Source: Octopus vulgaris
Taxonomy: Eukaryota
Reading direction: 5' to 3'
NCBI GenBank assembly: GCA_951406725.2
Contig: OX597830.1
Coordinates: 38,936,001 to 39,000,000, forward strand
DNA: 64,000 nucleotides
The position numbers and the translations under genes are program-made. Shown here piece by piece: positions 53,681 to 64,000 of the stretch. Position 1 is the first letter of the stretch. Each line of letters begins with the position of its first letter. The notes under the pieces are model-generated. The model was not told the DNA's origin, did no database searches, and saw only the letters and a program-made list of their open reading frames with translations.

Positions 53681-54243
53681 TATATATGTGTGCATATATA
53701 TATTGCGTGAAGTAAATTTTAAAATACGTTAACTGAAACAAAGATTAAATCAAATCTAAGCTTGCTTAATATTAAAAATAACTGTCAATTTATATAATTC
53801 TTATTCTCAAGTGATCGTTCAGTACGTCATTCTCTAATTTTGTTGGTTGCCATTTATTGCATATAGATTAGTCTGTGAATGTGTGGGATATGCGAGAATG
53901 TGGCAAGTTTAACCTTTAATTTAACGAAAATTTGAAATGTTGGCAATATGAATGTATCTGCTTCACTTGAGTGAGTGATATTTTGAACGTGAATGAGAAA
54001 GAGAGAGCGACATACTAGTGAACTATAGGAGCGATATAGGAGTGGATATTGCACAATTGAATAAGACATACATACATTCTCAACAGACACACATGCACGC
54101 ATAGGCACAAACACACACAAATACGATAATATATACGTATATGTATATATACAGGTTCACACAGACACATCACAGACATGCATATGAACGTATGTGCGCA
54201 GGTACGCATAAATACACTTTAATAAATGTGCTTTTATGGCATA

Positions 54244-54645
54244 TCTTTATATATAAAAGAGAGGTTGTGTGCTGTCTGTCTCCTACGATTTAGATTCCTA
54301 ACTACTCCCACATTTTGCGGTGCAGTTTAACCAAAACCGGGTATCTTATAGTCGTGATTCATATCGAGCCCTTCTGGGTATCAGCGCGCGTCTACGATGA
54401 GTCTACGATTAAAAAAAAAAAATTACCAACAATTTTTCCCATTTTTTAATGCATTTTTGGCATATATAAGGGAAGTAACTCTGTAAAAAGTTATTATTAA
54501 ATCTCAGAACGTAAAAAGCTACAGTAACACCCTTCCCCCCTTTGTGGTTAGCCATATTGAGATGGCTATTATACTTTACATCTCAAAAAATGCTTATATA
54601 GTTATTTCCCTTACAAACCCGAGCAACGCCGGGCGATACTGCTAG
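54244..54645 (+). mobile_element. Non-autonomous Helitron
   Basis: 5' TC, 3' hairpin cccg-agcaacgc-cggg followed by CTAG, inserted between A and T, no target duplication. Confidence 0.85.
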
Positions 54646-55367
54646 TTGTATATATCTTAAAATATGTGTGTGTGTGTATGTGTGTCTCTTTGTATATATA
54701 TGTGCGTGTTTGAATATGTATGTCTGTGTGTTTGTGTGTACATGTCTGTGTGTCTGTGTGTGTTTGTGCGTGTGCATGAGTATATTCAAAAATATTTCTA
54801 GTGTATCGTTTTTTTATTTTTGTGAGTAAACGGCAATGAGTTGTTCAACATTACCATTAAATGACTGCCTCGTGCGGTTGGGAATGTTCGTGTCTACATC
54901 GCATGACAGGTTTATTATGTGACGTAAATGTTACATAAGAAAATCAAAACTCATTAGTAATGCTTCAAATAACATTCTGCTCTCAGCAAACAAGCGTTTC
55001 GATGCAGGTGTGTGCGCATGCGTGCGTGTAGGCGCGTTCATGCGTATGTTTGTATGAATGTGTACATATGTGTGCATGCATACACAGAAACGTATATATC
55101 TATATGCATATCTGTGTATACATACATACACACACACAAATATATATATATATTTATATATATACATGTATATGTATACTTATATATACACATATATAGA
55201 TATATATACATAATATACAAATATATATATATACATATACATATATATGTATATGTATAAATATATATTTGTATATTATGTATATATATCTATATATATG
55301 TATACACACAAACGCGCACACACATACACAACGTATACATATATATTTATAATGTAATATAACATAG

Positions 55368-55435
<68 letters not shown>

Positions 55436-55489
55436 TACATACATATATGTACATACCTACATATATATGTATATATATGTGCATATATG

Positions 55490-55835
55490 GGTACAGGACA
55501 TGAAACAAAAAGTGAACAAAATGAATAACGGGAGCATAAAAAACAAAAACATAGTAAACGAACTTCTTTCGAACAACGAATGTATGAAATATAGGAACGA
55601 GACAGGCGAACTGAAGAACATCTCCTTCATCAGATGTCTCCTATTTTTTCTAATCCAAGGTAGGAACGAATGTATTTGGGTGTTTGGGTTTCGGGATATA
55701 TGATGGATACGTCGGCAATATGATCGACAGGAAATACTAAAAGATTTACAGAATAAGTTTTGAGTTCGATTTCTTCGACTACATCTCGAAAAACGTGCGC
55801 CGGCAATCACCATTCCATGATTGAAACCGTTCAAC
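55490..55835 (-). mobile_element. Non-coding interspersed repeat in microsatellite (possibly Penelope pLTR-derived)
   Basis: Bounded by microsatellite; minus strand has ctgatgaagg at 55623-55632; loosely similar to 31570-31770. Confidence 0.35.
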
Positions 55836-56162
55836 ATGTATATGTGTGCATGCGCGTGTGCTCCCCTGTGTGTACAGGTGCAGATGTGTACACATATTTA
55901 TGTGCCTGTGTGTGAGACAGAGAGAGTGAATGTATTAGTGTCTGTGAATGTGAGCGCATGTTCTGTGTGTGAGTGTACATGTGCGTGTGTGTGTGTGTGT
56001 GTATTTCGTGTTATTTCAAAAAATGAATGCGTTTGTTTCGGTACATAGCATAGCATCAACACCGCACATATTTTCGTCTGTTTCAACTTTGTCAGCGAAG
56101 TATAATCTTATATTTACTTAATATTCCCTGTGTATTTCAAATAACTAGAAAAGAACATATAC

Positions 56163-56351
<189 letters not shown>

Positions 56352-56487
56352 CGTAGGAATGAGCAGAGAAAAATCATTTTTAAAAATCTTTCTTCAAGAG
56401 GCACAAGGTGTGAATGTATGAACGATAATATTGATTACGACGAAATTTGAACTCAAAACAGAAAAGAAAAAAAACAACGAAATACCT

Positions 56488-56690
56488 ACCCACAAGGGAC
56501 TAAACACAGAGAGGACAAACAAGGACAGTCAAACGCATTAAGTCGATTATATCGACCCCAGTGCGTAACTGATACTTATTTAATCGACCCCGAAAGGATG
56601 AAAGGCAAATTCGATCGCGGCGGAATTTTAACTCAGAACGTAGCGGCAGACGAAATACCGCTAAACATTCCACTAGTTAGCCGCTTAAAC
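56488..56690 (-). mobile_element. Family A SINE
   Basis: Highly similar to 45757-45990. Confidence 0.85.
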
Positions 56691-57529
56691 ATAAATTATA
56701 ATAATGAATAGGAATGTATCCAGAATACTGCTGCAGAGAAACTGAATAGAAATATGACTAAAGTATATTTGCTGAATTAATGATAAATATGGAGGCCATT
56801 CATTTTCTAAATGGCTATTTCTGTTATAAGAATGGAAGTCAGAGAGAGATTACCCAACAATGCTTAGTTTAATTTTTAGAAGTACGTTGAGAACATCGGA
56901 AATTTCGAAGCAAACAAAATTTATGTATGAAGATTTATGTATGATATATTTGGCCATATTACCCTTGAAGTGACTTTGATATACTGTTCCAAGGAAATAC
57001 TTCAGTTTACTTTTATAAAATTTGTCTGAACTGGCAAATGTATTTGTTACAGACATTTCGAATAAATAGTTCGTTCTTTGAATATATTTCTCTCGTATGC
57101 TCATGCAAATATATTCGCTACTATACTATACTATACGCTGTCTTCTTTTTTGTGTGTGAATGTGTGTGTGTGAGTGTGTGTGCGTGGGTGCGTGTGCGTG
57201 TGTGAGAGAGAGTTACTGAGTGGGTATAGGTGCAAGAATGGCTGTGATTCCTGAGTGGTCGAGTTCATACTGCAACGGCATAGCTTTAAATTCAGTCCCG
57301 CTGCATGACACCGTGTGTAGCCGCCTTGTAATATCGGTAAGAAAATTTGTTAGACGGTAAATTACTATAATTACGTAATAATTCGGATGTTGCCTGTTAA
57401 ATATTTGTCATATTTTCCAATACGTATGTATATATAAATGTGTGTGTGTATGTGTGTATGTGTAATGACTGACGAGAGATAAGCTCCCCACTGCAAACAT
57501 ATACACACACAAGCATATATATACATACA

Positions 57530-57689
57530 TATATACGACGGGCTTCATTCAGTTTCCGTCTACCAAATCTACTCACTAAGCTTTGGTTGGCCCGAGGCTA
57601 TTGTAGAAGACACTCGTCCAAGGTGCCACGCAGTGGGCCTGAACTCTGAACCATGTGGTTAATACTTACCCCACAGCCACTCCTGCGCC

Positions 57690-57690
<1 letters not shown>
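57530..57690 (-). mobile_element. Family C SINE, 5' half
   Basis: Minus-strand head aggcgcaggagtggctgtg and core ggtagacggaaactga. Confidence 0.85.
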
Positions 57691-57767
<77 letters not shown>

Positions 57768-57936
57768 GAGAGACAGACAGACAGATAGATAGATAGATAG
57801 ATAGATAAATAACAAAATTTATACATTTAGTGGAATCGATCTACTAAATAACTTATTTTATAAACCTTTTTCGTTTTTGGTGGTTGTTAAGCGGTGATAG
57901 GGGAGGAAAGTAGACACTTAGAAGGAAACACACGCG

Positions 57937-57967
<31 letters not shown>

Positions 57968-57974
57968 TGACATA

Positions 57975-58226
57975 TATGAGGTGGATGCGTCATTATAGCA
58001 GCTTTTTTCAACAAATTGTATTCAAAAAAACAATCACAATATTTAACAAAAACATTTTTAAATGACAATCTGACCGTCTGACAAGCAAATGGGAAGAAGT
58101 AATTGAAGTAGATGGTGAATATGCTCCGGAATAATCGTTTAAAGATAGCTTTGCTATATGTTGTTATTGTTTTTGTTGAATAAAATTTGCCGAAGAAAGC
58201 CGCAATAATTGCGCACCAACCCAATA
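57975..58226. mobile_element. Mariner-derived MITE
   Basis: Imperfect TIRs tatgaggtggatgcgtcattatagcagcttt and (reverse complement) tattgggttggtgcgcaattattgcggcttt, resembling mariner TTAGGTTGGTGC termini. Confidence 0.7.
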
Positions 58227-58239
58227 TTTCTTTTATTAT

Positions 58240-58622
58240 CTTAGTTGTTTCAATCATTTGACTGCGGCCATGCTGGAGCTCTACCTTTAGTCGAATATAT
58301 CGACCCCAGGACTTATTCTTTGTGAGCCTAGTACTTATTCTACTGGTCTGTTTTTCGGAGCCGCTAAGTTATGAAGACATAGTCACAGCAACATCAGTTA
58401 TCACAAGATGATAGGGGAGACCTGTCTACCAAATCCATTCGCATGGCTTTGGTCGGCAGCTATAGTAGAAGGCACTTCTATATTATTTATATTTGACGTC
58501 AAATGCAAATAATGTACATAATTCTTCATTTATTAAACTGTCGAAGGCACTTGCCCAAGGTACCATGTAGTGGATCTGAACCCGAAACCATGTGGTTGGA
58601 AAGCAAGCTTCTTACCACACAG
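58240..58622 (-). mobile_element. Family C SINE (interrupted)
   Basis: Tail and head match 29725-30162; ~60-bp AT-rich insert between repeated gaaggcactt. Confidence 0.8.
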
Positions 58623-59189
58623 ACATTATATAATGTAATTTAGATTCAGTTGAATTAGGTACTTAAATTGAGGCCCCTTGGTAGGAAGAACTTATTTGCA
58701 CACTCAGAAAATATTAGGCGCGTATCAAACTCAAAGTAGAATTTTTTCCACGCGACATTATGGCAGTGAATGCAGATGGCACGATCCAACTTAGTGAATG
58801 AAGCCACTCCTGGTTATTCAGACATGTACTTTATATAAAATATACTTTCTACATACTTCCGAAGGGCAAACTCCAGAGTAAGTGAGCAAAATATAAATGA
58901 GTAACAAAGATGGGCAACGAATTATTGGAAATATTAGCTCTCTGTTGATGATAGGAATACGCTTAGATATCAAACTTGTCCTTTAAGCTTGAAGGGTATA
59001 CGGTCATCTGATGAGAACGGTTTTCTTTGTAATGATATAATGATTTCATTGTTCAATTATATGAGTTGCTGAAAACGGCCTTAATGAATCGACACTTATA
59101 GATATTTCTTACTCATTTATACATATACACACACACACACACGTATATATATATATATATATATAGATATATATATATATATATATATA

Positions 59190-59336
59190 TACGTCGGGCT
59201 TCTTTCAGTTTCTGTCTGTCAAGCCCTCTCAAAATGGTTTGGTCTGCGCGACACTTACCCAACGTGCTACGCGGTCACACTGAACCTGGAACCTGGAACC
59301 ATTTGGTTGGAAGGAAGGTTCTTGCCACACAGCCTC
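59190..59336 (-). mobile_element. Family C SINE, 5' half (diverged)
   Basis: cgggcttctttcagtttc ... cttgccacacagcc. Confidence 0.7.
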
Positions 59337-59818
59337 TGTGTGTGTATATGTGCGTGCATGCGGTTATGTTTGTATGTGTGTATGTAAGTACGCATTTATT
59401 CATGTATGTATGAATGTGCGTATGATGTGTATTGTATTTTTCTGTTTTGTTTTCCACATTTATGTAACAATGATTTGTTAAAGTGAGTGCGAAGCTACAT
59501 TGAAATGTATCTATAAATAATATTATTATAGCTTCTTTTTCTTATTTGTACCGCTTCAAATTCAGAAACGTTTTAGAATTGAATTCAAAGAACTAAAAGG
59601 GAGATTTAATTGGAACTAAATTATCAAATACTCTCTGACTTTAATTAGAAATAGTCGCGTTTTCATAAGTATTTGAACACATCGAGATTTAATCTCATCT
59701 AATAGGAGGAAGGCTAAGAATTACAAACCCTCATATACGATATCTATGTAACGCGCACACACACAGATACATAGTCGAACAAATAATATACAGAAGGATA
59801 CACGCGCACATACTCATG

Positions 59819-59852
<34 letters not shown>

Positions 59853-59955
59853 TGTATGTATGTATGTGTTTATCTATCTATATATATATATATACATACA
59901 TACATATATTAAATGTATATATGTATATATATATGTATGTATGTATATATATGTG

Positions 59956-60039
<84 letters not shown>

Positions 60040-60320
60040 TGATGCATAAAAGTTCTTACTGTCGATGCATTGATAAAAAATATGAACACAATAGAAAAGA
60101 ATGTGCAATATATTGATTCACTAAAAGCCTTTCTAAACTTGAGAAATATTTTCAAGAAAAGAACTGAATGATGAATAAAAGTTTAAGTAAATATAGCGAA
60201 CAAGGGCAGACATTTTGTTTTTCCTTCGCCATGTCACATGAAATCCATTAGTATTTTTAAGAAAATACTAACCTTAATTTACTGAGTAAATTGTATTTGA
60301 TCTAGCTGAAACATTTTAAC

Positions 60321-60720
60321 AGGCGGAGGAGTGGCTGTGCGGTTAGTAGCTTGGTTCCCAACCACATGGTCATGGGTTCAGTCCCATTGCGTCACGCCTT
60401 GGGCAAGTGTTTTCTACTATAGTCTCGGGCCGACCGAAGCATTGTTAGTGGATTTGGTACATTGAAACTGATAGAAGCCCGTCGTATATAAATATTTGTG
60501 TGTGTGTGTGTGTGTGTATGTGTGTGCATCCCACCATCGCTTGACAACCAATGTTGGTGTGTTTATGTCCCCTAACTTAGCGCTTCGGCAAAGGTGTTCA
60601 ATAGAATAAGTACTAGTCTTACGAAGAATGATTCCAAGGGTCGATTTTTTCGACTAAAAGCTTGCTCTAACAAGGCCACAGTCAGATGACTGAAACAAAT
60701 AAAAGAATAACAGAATAAAA
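60321..60720 (+). mobile_element. Family C SINE, full length
   Basis: aggcggaggagtggctgtgcggttagtagc head, gggttcagtccc B-box-like motif, internal (TG)n, aataaaagaata tail. Confidence 0.88.
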
Positions 60721-60791
60721 GAATATAATACAAATGTAAAACAAATACTAAATTTCTATCGAAATATGAAAATGTCTACAAACCAAAATTT

Positions 60792-60869
60792 CTAAGAATT
60801 TTCAAGATTTTTATATTATGGTGCAACACGCTAAGAATTTTCAAAATGTTTATATTATGGTGCAACACG
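60792..60869. repeat. 39-bp tandem duplication
   Basis: ctaagaattttcaa..t.tttatattatggtgcaacacg occurs twice. Confidence 0.85.
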
Positions 60870-62177
60870 CTTATCATATAGAGACTGCATTAAGTTCTCA
60901 TATCCAGCAATTATCTCAAAAGTGACTCGATTTTTCAGAATGCCATTTTTAAAACCTTTTTGAGTCTTGTTTTAATCATTAATGCTTTAATGTTTATCAT
61001 TGATTTATGAAATATGTGCCTGTTTCAAGTAAGATACTCCCTTTCATAAAACATTAAATTTTCTCGGGATTTAATAGTTGGAACTGTTTCTTCAAACGTT
61101 GCAAATTATGAATACAATTTTAATTGTAGCGTTAACTGCCTCTTTATAGCAACGTCATGTTGGATGCAAACTACTGCATACAGATTAGTCGTGGAAGTAG
61201 ACATGTGAGAGTGTTGAAGTTGTACCTTTGACTTAACGAAAATTTGGAATGCTGTCAATAAGGACACATCTGCTTCTATGGAGTTTGAGAGAGAGTTTGA
61301 AAGAGAATCTCGGTCGGAGTGCACATTTAAAACAGAAATGTTGCTCAATGAATATGGATCGCCGATTCTTTTAATAAATCAGAGAAGGAATGCTACATTA
61401 AGATTTGTCTGGTAACATACCAAATTTCCACTTGTTTTGTAGTCAAACTTTTCTCGTATTATGACGTTCATAGGAAACTATATATATAATTGCTTTCAGT
61501 GATTGACATTTAGGAGGGAAATAGTTGATAGTTGCTCTCGAAACTAAAACGATATTTTTATCGAAAACATACTCCTGCCAAGAAACACTATTTATAGAAA
61601 ATCTGCACGTATACTGCAGTATTTTTCTCATCATGGTCATGGAGTTAATAAACTACATCTCATATTCATTGCACACGTACATAAATATCTATTTGGAAAT
61701 CCTCACTACGATGGAACTAATTTACTTTTCTTGACATTCAGCTGTCGTAAATTATCTCAAAAGGAGATGGTATATTCCTAACTTGTATTAAAAATGTTAA
61801 CGACCATAGATTTTATATTTGAATGCAATTTCTACAAAATAAGTCACGAAATGAAGAATCATTTGAATAAGTGGAACAAATATACTTTAAACGAGATTTG
61901 TTTGTGTAAAAACAAAACAAAGGTACGATATTTGATATAGTATAGTTTCGGATACGTTGAAATTAAACAAATCTGAAGGCTCCGGTCGCAAAGCCTTTTA
62001 TCCCAAACCCATTTAATTCGAGAAGAATAATCCGCAGTTAAACTGAAACAAAAAGAAAGAGTTCGTATAGTAAATACGACTGAAGTAAGTTGTAAACTTC
62101 TGACGTTGTAATAAGCTATTTTATCTACTTATTTAACACAATGTACTTTAAAAAATCATTGAAAATTATAGACGAAA

Positions 62178-62235
<58 letters not shown>

Positions 62236-62458
62236 TTATATTTATGTTTGCATTTTATGTACAGTGTTAACCTAGATTACATAATGAAATACAAAAACAT
62301 TATGTACATTAATCTGGTGGGTTACTCCCTGCTTTTATGGAGAACAAATTTAGTTCTCTTAAACAAGAATTATTGATAGTGAAGTCAGAGGTTAAGGCAA
62401 TTAAGCCATCGTCGAACTACGAACGATGGGTTAACTGACCATTTATATATATATATAG

Positions 62459-62539
<81 letters not shown>

Positions 62540-62699
62540 TATATGGGTGTGAGTGTGTGTGTGTTTGTGTGTATATACGTATATGCATATATATATATAT
62601 TTATATACAAAGGGATTTGTGTGATTGTGTATAGAAGAACTTATTACTCAAAGAAATTCCAACTCTGTTTTTCACGTTTTATTTATAATCTTCTAATAT

Positions 62700-63345
62700 T
62701 AATATAATATATAAAATAATATGGTAAAAAGAAATGAAGTATTAATTGTTTAGACTTATTGAACAAATGAAATATTAAATACATTATTTACAATTGACGG
62801 ATACTTGTCCTCATCTTGTTTGTTGTTAACATAACGTTTCGTCTGATATTCCGTCCAGCATTCATCATGTCTTGGGGGAAATCTCGAACCAGTGTTCTCA
62901 ATCCTAAGGTACGTACATAATTTCTTATCTCTTAAATATAGAACTGAAATATTAAATGTCCATTTTTATGGAACTATTATACTTTCTAACATTTATGCAA
63001 TCTTCGGTTTCATGTGGTGGTGAGAGTTGTGTTCAGTGGTTTCAACTGTGGTTGACTGGTTAAATTTTGTCCTTTATATACATTTCTGTGGATGAAAGTA
63101 GTAGTTGCTTGGTTATTTTTAGAAATGCCGCCATACCATTTTTCAGTGTTTATTTTTAGAAATGATGACAACAATACATTTTAGAGATTTTTATTTTTTT
63201 CGACATGGGGATAAGACTTTTTAACTTTAAATAAGATTAATTTTTATCATTGTTTATTAAGCTTGGGCTTGAATTTAATTAAGAAAATACTTTTCTCTAT
63301 TAATAGATTCAAACCCAACGTGAAAAACAGAGTTGGAATTCCTTT
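62700..63345 (-). mobile_element. 3' end of a second Penelope-like element with degenerate hammerhead in its pLTR
   Basis: Minus translation IEKSIFLIKFKPKLNKQ* matches the GIY-YIG C-terminus at 28690-28730; minus strand atgatga-atgctg...cagac-gaaacgtt at 62833-62868. Confidence 0.7.
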
Positions 63346-63350
63346 GAGTA

Positions 63351-63388
<38 letters not shown>

Positions 63389-63395
63389 GTATATA

Positions 63396-63473
<78 letters not shown>

Positions 63474-64000
63474 GGTTTCGAAGAAAAAGACTACACGTGG
63501 TATGAATAGGGGAAAAGTAAAAAGAAAATGCACATGAGATATAAAAAATAAAGGCTTTTTTTAAAGAAAAGCAAAGATATATATATTAAATGATTTTAGA
63601 TGGAATTATGAAGTACAAAGATCATTATTATGAATCATTATAGAGATTCAAAGTCATACCAATGTCTTCACCAACGTCAGTCTTCCATCATTTATTCATT
63701 ACTTACTCTATGCATGCATATATGTGTATGTGTTTGTGCGCACACGCTTGCATGCGTGTGTGCGCGTGTGTGTATGTGTGTGTGTGTGGTTGTGTATACA
63801 TAAATCGTAATAAGTATGGGGAAACAGCAATATTCGAATCGATAATTTGCATATATTTTCTTAATAAGATCCGACAGGTTCGACTGCGAATATCGTAGCT
63901 GCTATTGTACGCGTTGTTTAAGATGGATATGTGTTCATAACACTCGGAACTCATCATCTTAAATTTTGCAGTTCACCGTACATATTACGGGTAGAACACA

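Noticed and set aside
58700-59050. Possible degenerate non-LTR RT fragment
   Set aside because: Only vague resemblance to GIFQGD and LYMDD spacing; catalytic residues are absent.

Overview
AT-rich eukaryotic non-coding DNA, intergenic or deep intronic. The SINE heads, Penelope-like elements and very high (TA)n/(CA)n/(TATG)n/(ATT)n load suggest an octopus or other cephalopod genome (inference from pattern recognition, not a database search). I find no intact host protein-coding gene, rRNA, true tRNA or CRISPR array; nearly all listed ORFs are microsatellite or minisatellite translation artefacts. The window is mostly decayed mobile DNA: a Gypsy integrase fragment, several Tc1/mariner fragments and MITEs, a near full-length decayed Chapaev3-like (CMC) transposon, two non-autonomous Helitrons, a 5'-truncated Penelope-like element (RT + GIY-YIG), a second Penelope 3' end, an internally deleted L1/Tx1-like LINE and many SINE copies from three families. 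Most notable: (i) a ~3.8 kb foldback-like structure built from palindromic subrepeats, containing a long hairpin and an inverted near-perfect 110-bp copy of sequence ~5 kb upstream, fused to the Penelope insertion; (ii) short non-coding elements inside (TA)n tracts carrying minimal hammerhead-ribozyme motifs; (iii) a possible intronless ionotropic-receptor-like pseudogene; (iv) head-to-tail SINE dimers sharing one flanking repeat; (v) inverted duplications centred on microsatellites. Boundaries were read by eye and are approximate unless stated.
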